From: Chiloscyllium plagiosum
Taxonomy: Eukaryota
NCBI RefSeq assembly: GCF_004010195.1
Contig: NC_057718.1
Coordinates: 9,029,664-9,093,663 of the forward strand
Length of the DNA stretch: 64,000 nucleotides
Reading direction: 5' to 3'
Shown here piece after piece: positions 50,150 through 61,730 of the stretch (position 1 is the stretch's first letter; each line of letters starts with the position of its first letter). The notes beneath the pieces are model-generated. The model had not been told where the DNA came from. It saw nothing but the letters and a program-made list of their open reading frames with translations, and did not search any database. The position numbers were made by a program, and so were the translations under genes.

Positions 50150-50897
50150 GAATTGATTGACAGATAATCATTTGATTGTGATGCTGCTTTTTTTTTGCCC
50201 GATGAGTGCAAAGGCTGCTCTGCAAAAAGTTACGCTGGGGAGGGAACTGCAAAGTCTTCCCTCCCCTTTACCTTATGAGCCGATAGTGCGGCAATACAAC
50301 ATGACTGTGGGCTGCGGTGGAGCAATGGGGGACTGGGGGTGTTCACTGTCACCTCAGCCTGCTCCTGAGCTCTCAGCTTTACCGACACTCTTTTCCCTAG
50401 TGCGGGAGAACACTTCATCAGCAACAAAGCGCAGTGGGCTGCCAGGAGGTTGTCGAAGGTGCTATGCGAATGCCAATTCTGCTCCACTTCTCTTTCACAG
50501 CAAGGCTGGCACTGCCCCAATGTGGGATGATTTGCTGGCATACAGTGGCCCCTTTAATTGGTTATTTGGTTGTTATGGTGATCTGGTGTAATGGGACTGG
50601 TAGCTGTCTTTTGCCTGACAGCTACCATGAGTGTTGACACTTGGCAAACTGGGTCATACCTGCTGCTTGTACAGATGACATGCTATTTTTTGCTCTGGCG
50701 AATAATAAGACAACCAGAGCGCAATGTACTTTGAGCCAGTCACAGGAAATGGATAAAGGAGGATAAAGCAACGAGATTAAAAAAATAACTGCTCCAAGTG
50801 AAAGAGGCGAGAGACCAGGTGAGAGCCTGCATGGTGTTTCTTTAAGAACAAGTGAGTAAAGAGTCACGTCTACCTTGTCAAAAAGAAATTGACTCAC

Positions 50898-51138
50898 CTT
50901 CGGAAAAGGTTACAGCTTCTATTTTTGTGTTTCACTCGTGGGGGAGCGAGGGTATGAGTCAGTTGCTCCCATGAAGACAGATCAATGGATTTGGCTTCAT
51001 AAGGAGGCGTGGTGACTGGTGACAATCCACGGGGGTCTGTGCCAGGCATCCTGCAGTCCACACGGCTCATAGATAACACGGAGAGGGGGAGGAACCCACA
51101 GAAATAACTGGGCTGATGATGCTGTGCTGTGTGGCCAG
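50898..51138 (-). CDS. Candidate exon of an unidentified host gene
   Basis: Pyrimidine-rich acceptor ...CCCCCTTGGATTTTCAG; consensus donor AAG|GTGAGT; one frame open throughout (…MSRVDCRMPGTDPRGLSPVTTPPYEAKSIDLSSWEQLTHTLAPPRVKHKNRSCNLFR); CpG-retaining and repeat-free. Peptide not recognised. Confidence 0.4.
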
Positions 51139-51249
51139 CTGAAAATCCAAGGGGGATTGAGAACATTCAAAGGGACAGGGTAAATGACTGCAGGAGTGGA
51201 ACAGAAAGAGTTTCATTTGCATAACACTGTTTGCAAACTTTTGCGATAA

Positions 51250-51404
51250 AGTCTGTGTCTTATGATCTTATACTCCACAACCACCTGATGAAGGGGCGGC
51301 GCTCCGAAAGCTAGTGCTTCCAAATAAACCTGTTGGATTATAACCTGGTGTCGTGTGATTTTTAACTTTGCCCACCCCAGTCCAATACTAGCTCCTCCAC
51401 ATCA
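51250..51404 (+). mobile_element. PLE pLTR family B with hammerhead motif (51282-51316)
   Basis: CAC-CUGAUGA(51285-51291)-A-GGGGC-GGC-GCUCC-GAAA(51306-51309)-GC-UA-GUG. Confidence 0.85.
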
Positions 51405-51489
51405 TGTTCACAATGTGCCAGAGTACTTTACAACAGACAAGATACTTTCCAAAGTGTCGGCTCTCCTGTTGTGTAGGAAACACAGCTAT

Positions 51490-52625
51490 CTCGTGGTGTC
51501 TCATGGTATGTGGTCCAACATGGACAACGAAACCTCCAGCTGGTTATCACATACCATCCTCCCTCACCTGATGAATCAGGGCTCCTCCAAATTGAACTCC
51601 ACTTGAAGGAAGCACTGATGGCACCTAGAACACAGAATGTCGTTTGGCTGGGGGATTTCAATGACCCCATCACCAGGAGTAACATGGTTGGACCATTACT
51701 GTGATGAAACTATAGAATTAAGAGATTATTTGGTCCTTTTATTTTAGGGAGAGGCTTTAATACAGAGGTACTGAGTAGTCTACCAGAACAGCTAGAATAA
51801 TCAGCTTGTGAAGCCTGGGTTTTTTTTTTAAAAGTTAGAACAATAGAAGCAGCCTGAATGGGTGTGGTCGAACTCCCACAGAACCAGGATTTTTGGTTTT
51901 AGCTTTCAGCTGTTGGTGCTGGGGTCCTGAAGAAATGAAGCTAATTTTTCTCTCTTTCGGTTACAGTCAAAAAAAGCTGGGGATTCTCTGGCTGCTTCAG
52001 GAGTTACATGTGAGACAATGTGTGTCTGAAGTTGCCTTTTGTCAAGGGTCTGTTACTATATTGGTTAATTAGAAACAGTTAGTATATTTATTATTCTGTT
52101 AAACTTTCCAATTGAATTAAGTTATTCCAATTCCTTCATTCTTTTGTTGCATTTTGTGGATGAATAAAGTATGTTTTTCTTTAAATCTGATAGTTTGACC
52201 AATTGAATTTCATCTGGAATGCAACACCTTATATTTACCTTTCAAATAAGAAAAACATTAGAGTCTAAACTATATTCAGAATATTTTGAGGGGTTTGGTC
52301 TGGTCCATAACACAACAGACTGAATTGGTTGCGTCCCAAAGGACACCACTGCTAGATGGGGTTTGTGGAAAATGGTTGTCCTTTCCAATCCACTGGTCAC
52401 AGATACATTGATCCATGATAGAATCAGTAGAAGCAACTACAAGACAGTTATAGTGGTGGTGAAGTTCCAACTTTAATATCGAGGATAGTCTCTATTGTGA
52501 TGTGTGGCACTATCACCGTGCTAACTGAAATTGGTTGCAATCAGATCTGGCAACTCAAAACTGGACAACCATAATGCGATGTGGGCCATTAATAGCAGCA
52601 ACAGAATTCCATGCAATCCCTATCT
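51490..52625 (+). mobile_element. LINE endonuclease remnant split by a solo LTR
   Basis: ITYHPPS...VVWLGDFN APE-type motif; appears to resume after 52312. Confidence 0.65.
51700..52312 (+). mobile_element. Solo LTR, related to 18829-19463
   Basis: TGTGATG...CATAACA termini; AATAAA near 52163; 3' end GAGGGGTTTGGTCTGGTCCATAACA homologous to the other LTR; degenerate 4-bp flanks TTAC/CAAC. Confidence 0.75.
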
Positions 52626-52769
52626 GTAAGGTCTATTTGTGTAGAGAGGTCAGAAAATTAGACAGAATGGTAGGAAACAGCAAAGACTGATCTAGTTTTA
52701 AATTATGCACCTGTCTTCACTATCAAGCATACAAGTCTTGCTACAACTGGATAGGGCATTGGTTTGATA

Positions 52770-53210
52770 TCATCATCATTGTCACTCACTCACTAATGAG
52801 TATGACTGTCCACCTCAGAAATCCCGTGTCACCAGTCACAGGTTCTGCGGTCCTTGCGTGGATGTTAAGCCCAATCCTACAGCCACATCGGCAACCACAC
52901 ATTTGTGTTTCCCAGAAGTGGAATTAGACTTTAGGCTTGAGATTCCAGGCATTCCTTTCTCCAGTTCCTTTTCCATATTTTCTCTTGCCGCTGGGTACTC
53001 TGGAAGAATTGTGTCATATTGTACAGAATCTTTGTCCAAGTCAGGTTCTTCTGAATTAGGGTCTCCCATGAATCGACATCCATGTTGCATTTCTTGAAGG
53101 AAACCATCAGGGTGTCTTTGAAATACTTCCTTTGTCCTCCGCTCATTTGAGTGCCTTACGTGAGCTGGGTGAAGAGGATTTACTTTGGCAGTTGGGACTC
53201 AGACATCCTG
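52770..53210 (-). mobile_element. RTE-clade LINE 3' remnant
   Basis: GGQRKYFKDTLMVSFKKCNMDVDSWETL resembles the RTE C-terminal motif; short tandem tail. Confidence 0.7.
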
Positions 53211-53664
53211 AGATCAACCTAGAAGTACCATGTGCAATCCTGGTCTCATTATTTATTTCCTTGCATTAGAACCAGCTCAGAGAAGGTGCACCAGGGATTG
53301 GGTGGTCTTTCTGGGATTACGGTCGAATTCAAAATGTGCCGAAGAACTTCAGAAACCTAGAGACTTTGAATAATTCAGAGGAGACCTAACTGAGGTCAGA
53401 AGCACAGTATAGTTTCAGCTTGAAAGGAGAAAAGATACGGAAATTAGTTAATTTAGCAAACTAACATATTGTGTAGCTTGTAAACAGCAGGAGTTTTTGC
53501 TTAGAAACTTGCACATAATTGGAAGCTGAGAAAGTCTAAGCTCTGAGCTTTGTGAGTATTCATGTGCAGAGAATTCACAGTCCATGTCAAAGAACTAAGA
53601 AGACTCAGTTGAGTCAAACTCAAAGATGTGAGATGTCGGAATAATCTCTGGATTTGATGCTGTA

Positions 53665-53852
53665 AAGATTAGATTCTCTAGAGTATGGAAACAGGCCCTT
53701 TGGCCCAACAAGTCGACACCAACCCTCTGAAGAGCAACGCACTCAGACCCCCTCACATACCCTATATTTACCCCTGACTAATGCACCTAATGCTGTGGAC
53801 AATTAAGCATGGCCGATTCACCTGACCTGCTCATCTTTGGATTGTGGGAGGA
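53665..53852 (-). mobile_element. HE1-like SINE 3' fragment
   Basis: Tail and partial V-domain. Confidence 0.8.
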
Positions 53853-54533
53853 AAAAATTAAGGGTTTGGGAAATAATTGAGAATTTGTTTTGTAGCATGT
53901 TTTAAGATTTTTCTAGACTGTTTTGTATTTTTAGATGGTGTGTTTTTTTTCGTTTCATGCAATAACCCTGTTTTATTTAACGACAATCTGCAGGCTTGAG
54001 TGATTAAGTTTCAGTGATCACCACTTAAAGTGTTTGTTAAAAATATGATCTATCAGCCACGACCATAAGTCATAATCATCAGAAATAGGAACAGGAAAGG
54101 GCTGTTCGGCCCATCGAGCCCGCTCCCCCACCATTCAACATTCCTCATGTCCACCTCTCTGCCCTTTCCCCATGACCCTTGATTCCCCAATCATAGAGTC
54201 ATAGAGATGTACAGCACAGAAACAGACGCTTCGGTCCAACCCGACCATGCCGTCTATCCCAACCCAATCTAGTCCCACCTGCCAGCACCCGGCCCATATC
54301 CCTTCAAACCCTTCCTATTCATGTACCCATCCAGATGCCTTTTAAACGTTGTCATTGTACCAGCTTCCACCACTTCCTCTGGCAGCTCATTCCATACACA
54401 CACCACCCTCTGCGTGAAAGAATTGCTCCTTAGGTCTCTTTTATATCTTTCCCCTCTCACCCTAAATCTATGCCCTCTAGTTCTGGACTGCCCCACCCCA
54501 GGGAAAACACTTTGTCTATTTATCCTATCCATG

Positions 54534-57042
54534 GTTAAAAATCACACAACACCAGGTCATAATCCAACAGGTTTAACTGGAAGCTTTCAGAGTGACGGTC
54601 CTTCATCAGGTGATAGTGGAGGGCTCAATCCTAACTCAGAATTTATAGCAAAAATTTACAGTGTGATGTAACTGAAATTATACATTGAAAAATTGATTGT
54701 CTGTTAAGCCTTTCATCTGTCAGAATACAGTATTAGTTTCACTTCTTTCATGTGTAAATCACAAAACCTTTTTTTTAAAAAGTTGCATTCTCGGGTTAGC
54801 TGTTAACAATGGTGATAGCTAGACAATATGTTGAAGGTGTTGGCCCCCTGTGTTCTCTGTCTATGACCTGATGTTTAGATTGATTCTAATCTAAAAAGTG
54901 AGATAACAGTTTTACATAAATTCATCCAGTTTTTGAGCTCAGAGTTCTACATGAATGCATGCAGTTTTTGAGCAAAGTACAATGTAACCCTGCAAGTACA
55001 AATTCACCCCACAAAATATATGTGTGCATGTGGGTCTTTGNNNNNNNNNNNNNNNNNNNNNNNNNNNNNNNNNNNNNNNNNNNNNNNNNNNNNNNNNNNN
55101 NNNNNNNNNNNNNNNNNNNNNNNNNNNNNNNNNNNNNNNNNNNNNNNNNNNNNNNNNNNNNNNNNNNNNNNNNNNNNNNNNNNNNNNNNNNNNNNNNNNN
55201 NNNNNNNNNNNNNNNNNNNNNNNNNNNNNNNNNNNNNNNNNNNNNNNNNNNNNNNNNNNNNNNNNNNNNNNNNNNNNNNNNNNNNNNTGTGTACCTGTGT
55301 CCGTGTGTATGTGAGAGTGTGTGTGTGTAGGAATATCGGTGTGTGTGTGTAGTGCAATGGTGATCACCTGTAATGTGACATGAGCCCAAGGTCCCGGTTG
55401 AGGCCCTCCCTATGGGTACCGAACTTAGCTATCAGCCTCTGCTCGGCCACTTTTCTCTGCTGCCTGTCCCAAAGTCCACCTTGGAGGATGGTCACCCAAA
55501 GGTCTGAGGCTGAATGTCCTGGACCAACTGGGAGGGAACCCTCCTGTCTGTTTATTGTTGTGCGGTGCCCATTCATCCGTTGTAGCCTTTGCTCGGTTTC
55601 CCCAATGTACCATGCCTCCGGGCATCCTTGCCTGCAACGTATAAGATAGACAACGTTGGCTGAGTCACATGAGTACCTGCCATGTACAAGGTGGGAGGTA
55701 TCCCCACACGTAATGGTGGTATCTATGACCACACTCTGACATGTCTTGCAGAGAGAAAGTGCGGGCTGCAGAAGCTGGAGATCAGAGCTGAAAATGTGTT
55801 GCTGGAAAAGCGCAGCAGGTCAGGCAGCATCCAAGGAACAGGAGAATCGACGTTTCGGGCATAAGCCTGAAGAAGGGCTTATGCCCGAAACGTCAATTCT
55901 CCTGTTCCTTGGATGCTGCCTAACCTGCTGCACTTTTCCAGCAACACATTTTCAGCTCATGTCTTGCAGAGCCTACCGTGACAGGGGTGCATGTAGTTGT
56001 CCTGAGAGCCGGGCAGCTTGCTACAAACAACGATCTGTTTGAGGTCTGGTGGTTGTTTAAAGGCAAGTAGTGGAGGTGTGGGGAAGGTCTTGGTGAGGTG
56101 CTTGTCCTCATTGATAATGTGTTGCAGGTCACGAAGAACATGGCGTAATGTTTCAACTCCTGGGAAATACTGAACAACAAAAGGTACCCTGTCGAATGCA
56201 GCACGTGTCTGTCTCCTGAGGAAGTCATTACAGTTCCTAGCTGTGGCACATCAGAACTGGAGGTCGATGAGTTGGGCATCGTACCCCGTTCTTGTGAGGG
56301 CATCCCTGAGTACTTTCAGGTGTCCGTCACATTCCTCCTCATCTGAGCAGATCCAGTGTATGTGTAGGGCTTGTCCATAGGGGATGGCTGTTTTAATATG
56401 TTTTGGGTGGAAGCTGGAGAAGTGTAGCATTGTGAGGTTGTCTGTGGGTTTGCGGTAGNNNNNNNNNNNNNNNNNNNNNNNNNNNNNNNNNNNNNNNNNN
56501 NNNNNNNNNNNNNNNNNNNNNNNNNNNNNNNNNNNNNNNNNNNNNNNNNNNNNNNAGTCGAGAGTAGTCCATGGTGAGTTTGATGGTGGGATGAAACTTG
56601 TTGATGTCACTGTGTAGTTTTATCAGTGACTCCTCGCCATGGGTCCAGAGGAAGAAAATGTCATCAATGTACCTGGTGTACAATGTCGGTTGGAGATCCT
56701 GCATAGAGAAGAAATCTTGTTCGAACCTGTGCATGAAGATGTTGGCATATTGCGGTGCAAATTTGGTCCCCATGGCTGTTCCGTGTGTCTGGATGAAGAA
56801 CTGGTTGTCAAAGGTGAAGACGTAGTGATCAAGGATAAAGCGGATGAGTTGTAGGATGGTGTTTGGAGACTGGCAGTTGTTGGTGTTGAGTACTGAGGCT
56901 GTTGCCGCGATGCCATCATTGTGGGGGATGCTGGTGTAGAGCGCGGAAACATCCATTGTGACGAGGAATGTTCCCGGTTCGACTGGTCCATGGGTGTAAG
57001 AAATCCGTCGTGTCGCAACAGAACACCGGTATCTCCAAATCA
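54534..57042 (-). mobile_element. 5'-truncated Neptune-type Penelope-like element (RT, Cys linker, GIY-YIG, (CA)n-containing UTR, pLTR family B)
   Basis: RT: TMDVSALYTSIPH, GTAMGTKFAPQYANIFM, RYIDDIFFLW. Linker PCHGRLCKTC. GIY-YIG: NVVYLIRCRQGCPEAWYIGET. 13-bp TSD TATCCTATCCATG 54521-54533 / 57043-57055. Confidence 0.93.
55754..55957. mobile_element. Palindromic pLTR family A insertion inside the Neptune PLE
   Basis: 14-bp TSD CATGTCTTGCAGAG 55740-55753 / 55958-55971; CUGAAGA 55867-55873, GAAA-CG-UC 55887-55894. Confidence 0.9.
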
Positions 57043-58000
57043 TATCCTATCCATGCCCCTCATGATTTTGTAAACCTCTATAAAGTCACCCCTCAGCCTC
57101 CGATGCTCCAGGGAAAACAACCCCAGCTTGTTCAGCCTCTTCCTATAGCTCAAATCCTCCAACCCTGGTGACATCCTTGTAAATCTTTTCTGAACCCTTT
57201 CAAGTTTCACAACATCTTTCCGATAGCAAGGAGACCAGACTTGCACGCAATATTCCAACAGTGGCATAGCCAATGTTCTGTACATCTGGAACATGACCTC
57301 CCAACTCCTTTACTCAATACTCTGACCGATAAAGGAAAGCATACCAAATGCCTTCTTCACTATCCTATCTACCTGCGACTCCACTTTAAAGGAGCAACAC
57401 TCCCTAGGACCTTACCATTAAGTGTATAAGTCATGCTAAGATTTGCTTTCCCAAAATGCAGCACCTCGCATTTATCTGAATTAAACTCCATCTGCCACTT
57501 CTTGGCCCATTGGCCCATCTGGTCAAGATCCTGTCGTAATCTGAGGTAATCCTCTTCTTCAAAGAGGATTACATCTCCAATTTTGGTGTCATCTGCAAAC
57601 TTACTAACGATATCTCTTATGCTCGCATCCAAATCATTTATGTAAATGACAAAAAGTATTGGACCCAGCACCGATCCTTGTGGCACTCCACTGGTCACAG
57701 GCCTCCAGTCTGAAAAACAACCCTCCGTCACCACCCTCTGTCTTCGACCTTTGAGCCAGTTCTGTATCCAAATGGCTAGTTCTCCCTGTATTCCATAAGA
57801 TCTAACCTTGCTAACCAGTCTCCCATGGGGAACCTTGTTGAACGCCTTCCTGATGTCCATATAGATCACATCTACTGCTCTGCCCTCATCAATCCTCTTT
57901 GTTACTTCTTCAAAAAACTCAATCATGTTTGTGAGACATGATTGTGAGACAGAAAGTCATGTTGACGATCCCTAATCAGTCCTTGCCTTTCCAAATATAT

Positions 58001-58851
58001 GAGGTAAAAACAATGACTGCAGATGCTGGAAACCAGATTCTGGATTAGAGTGGTGCTGGAAAAGCACAGCAGTTCAGGCAGCATCCGAGGAGCAGGAAAA
58101 TGGACATTTCAGGCAAAAGCCCCTCTAGTCCTTTCCAAATAGGGAATAAAATCTAATCTAATCTTTAAATGGGCAGCACGGTGGCACAGTGGTTAGCACT
58201 GTTGCCTCACAGCGCCAGAGACCCGGGTTCAATTCCCACCTCAGGCGATTGACTGTGTGGAGTTTGCACATTCTCCTGTGTCTATGTGGGTTTCCTCCCA
58301 CAGTCCAAAGATGCGCATGTTAGGTGAATTGGCTGTGCTAAATTACCATTCAGGGATGGGTAGGTGAGGTACGTTAGTTATGAGGTAAAAACAAGGACTG
58401 CAGATGCTGGAAACCAGATTCTGGATTAGAGTGGTGCTGGAAAAGCACAGCAGTTCAGGCAGCATCCGAGGAGCAGGAAAATCGACGTTTCGGGCAAAAG
58501 CCCCTCTAGTCCTTTCCAAATAGGGAATAAAATCTAATCTAATCTTTAAATGGGCAGCACGGTGGCACAGTGGTTAGCACTGTTGCCTCACAGTGCCAGA
58601 GACCCGGATTCAATTCCCGCCTCAGGCGATTGATTGTGTGGAGTTTGCACATTCTCCCCGTGTTTGCGTGGGTTTCCTCCCACAGTCCAAAAATGTGCAG
58701 GTTAGGTGAATTGACCATGCTAAATTTCCCATAGTGTTAGGTGAATGGGTGAAATGTAGAGGAATGGGTCTGGGTGGGTTGCGCTTCGGCGGGTCGGTGT
58801 GGACTTGTTGGGCCGAAGGGCCTGTGTCCACACTGTAAGTAATCTAATCTA
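58001..58851. repeat. Tandem duplication (period 381 bp) of [family A pLTR fragment + spacer + HE1 SINE]
   Basis: GAGGTAAAAACAA at 58001 and 58382; HE1 heads at about 58170 and 58552. Confidence 0.88.
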
Positions 58852-61380
58852 AGAAAAATGTACATCCTGTCTCTCAGGATTCCCTCCAACAACTTGCCCA
58901 CCACCGAGGTCAGGCTCACTGGTCTATAGTTCCCTGGCTTGTCCTTAGCGTCCTTCTTAAACAGTGGCACCATGTTAGCCAACCTCCAGTCTTCCGGCAC
59001 CACACCTGTGACTATCGATGATACAAATATCTCAGCAAGAGGCCCAGCAATCACTTCCCTAGCTTCCCACAGAGTTCTAGGGTACACCTGATCAGGTCCT
59101 GGGGATTTATCCACCTTTACCCGTTTCAAGATATCCAGCACTTCCTCCTCTGTAAAATGGACATTTTGCAAGGTGTCACCATCTATTTCCCTACAGTCTA
59201 TAACTTCCATATCCTTTTCCACAGTAAATACTGATGCAAAATACTCATTTGGTATCTCCCCCATTTTCTGCGGCTCCACACAAAGGCCACCTTACTGATC
59301 TTCGAGGGGCCCTATTCTCTCTCTAGTTATCCTTTTGTCATTAATGTATTGGTAAAAACTCTTTGGATTCTCCTTAATTTTATTTGCCAAAACTATCTCA
59401 TGTTCCCTCTTTGCCCTCCTGATTTCCCTCTTAAGTATACTCCTACTGCCTTTATACTCTTCTAAGGATTCACTCGATCTATCCTGCCTATACCTTACAT
59501 CTGCTTCCTTCTTTTTCTTAAACAAACCCTCAATTTCTTTAGTCATCCAGCATTCCCTGTACCTACCAGCCTTTCGTTTTACCCTGACAGGAATATACTT
59601 TCTCTGGATTCTCGTTATCCCATTTCTGAAGGCTTCCCATTTTCCAGCCGTCTCTTTACCTGCAAACCCAATCAGCTTTTGAAAGTTCTTGCCTCATACC
59701 ATCAAAATTGGCCTGTCTCCAATTTAGAACTTCAACTTTTAGATCTGGTCTATCCTTTTCCTTCACTATTTTAAATCTAATAGGGTTTTGGTCGCTGGCC
59801 CCAAAGTGCTCCCCCACTGACACCTCAGTCACCTGCCCTGCCTTATTTCCCAAGAGTAGGTCAAGTTTTGCACTTTCTCTGGTAGGTACCTCCACATACT
59901 GAATCAGAACATTTTCTTGTACACACTTAACAAATTCTCTCCATCTATATCCTTAACACTATGGCAGTCCCAGTTGATGTTTGGAAAGTTAAAATCCCCT
60001 ACCATAACCACCCTATTATTCTTACAGATAGCTGGGATCCCATTACAAATTTGTTTCTCAATTTCTCTCTGACTATTAGAGGGTCTAGAATACAATCCTA
60101 ATAAGGTGATCATCCCTTTCTTATTCCTCAGTTCCATCCAAATAACTTCCCTGGATGTATTTCCAGGAATATCCTCCCTCACCACAGCCGTAATGCTATC
60201 CCTTGTCAAAATCTCCACTCCCCCTCCTCTCTTGCCTCCCTTTCTATCCTTCCTGTAGCATTTGTATCCTGGAACATTAGGATACTGCCCATCCCTGAGC
60301 CACGTTTCTGTAATTGCTAAGATATCCAAGTCCCATGTTCCTAACCATGCCATGAGTTCATCTGCCTTCCCTGTTAGGCCCCTTGCATTGAAATAAATGC
60401 AGTTTAATTTATTAGTCCTACCTTCTCCCTGCCTGCCCTGACTCTTTGACTCACTTCTGTTCTCAACTGTACCTGTCTCAGATCGATCTCTTTCCTCACT
60501 ATCTCCCTGGGTATCACCTCCCACCCACCCCCACCTTACTAGCTTAAATCCTCCTGAGCAGCTCTAGCAAATCTCCCTGCCAGTATGTTAGTCCCCTTCC
60601 ACTTTAGGTGCAAACCGTCCTTCTTGTACAGGTCACTTCTACCCCAAAAGAGATTGCTATGATCCAAAAATGTGATTCCTTCTTCCATACACCAGCTCCT
60701 CAGCCATGCATTCATCTGGCTATCATGCTATCCTCACTAGCTCGTAGCACTGGGAGTAATCCAGATATTACTACTCTTGAGGACCTCCTTTTTAAATTCC
60801 TGCCTTACTCTCTGTAATCTCCCTTCAGAATCTCAACCTTTTCCCTTCCTATGTCATTTGTTCCAATGTGGACAATGACCTGCTGCTGGCCCCTCTCCCC
60901 CATGAGAACATTCTGCACCCTCTCTGATACATTCTTGATTGTGGCACCAGGGAAACAACAGACCATTCTGCTTTTTCGCTGCTGGCCACAGAAATGTCTG
61001 TCTGTACCTTGGACTAGAGAATCCCTAATACAATAGATCTCTTGGATGCCGACGTACCCCCATTGCATTAGAGCCAGTCTCAATACCAGAAACTTGGCTG
61101 TTCGTGCTAAATTTCCCTGAGAATCCATCACCTCCTACATTTTCCAAAACAGCATACCGGTTTGAAATGGGGATAGCCACAGAAGATTCCTGCACTAACT
61201 GCCTACCTCTCATATCTTTCCTGGAATTAACCCATCTATGTGACTGTATCTGAGACTTCCCCCCCCCCCCCTTCCTATAACTGCCATCCATTGAGGTCAC
61301 AATCAAGTCGACCATAACTTAATTGAATGGCGGAGCAGGCTGGAGGGACTGAATGGCCCACACCTTTCTCCTCTCCACCT

Positions 61381-61730
61381 TGGGACAGTATGGTGACTCA
61401 GTGGTTAGCACTGTTGCCTCACAGCGCTAGGGACCTGGGTTCAATTCCAGCCTCTGGTGACTGTGTGGAGTTTACACGTTCTCCGTGTGTGTGTGTGTGC
61501 GTGTGTGTGTTTCCTCTGGGTGCTCCGATTTCCTCCCACAGTCCAAAGATGTGCACACTAGGTGAATTGGCCATGCTAAACTGCCTATATTGTTCAGGAA
61601 TGTGTAGGTTAGGTACATTAGTCAGGGATAAATATAAGATAATAAGGTAGGGGAATGGATCTGGATGTGTTACTCTTTAGAGGGTCAGTGTGAACTTGTT
61701 AGCCAAAGAGCCTGTTTCCACACTGGGATT
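61381..61730 (+). mobile_element. Diverged HE1-like SINE with internal (GT)n expansion
   Basis: Head, V-domain, tail; (GT)n at about 61485-61510. Confidence 0.82.

Larger units (their letters stand above)
54191..61290 (-). mobile_element. Near-full-length decayed CR1 LINE (ORF1 esterase, EN, RT) hosting several insertions
   Basis: RDSLV...CCFPGA...VHIGTND; FNARGL, AITETW, GDFNFP; NYRPVSLTS; VPQGSVLGP, KFADDTKI; 3' UTR at 54191-54533. Confidence 0.95.

Noticed and set aside
49383..50252. Long ORFs of 216-257 aa (and those at 54922-55389)
   Set aside because: Artefacts of translating N gaps plus SINE or microsatellite sequence.
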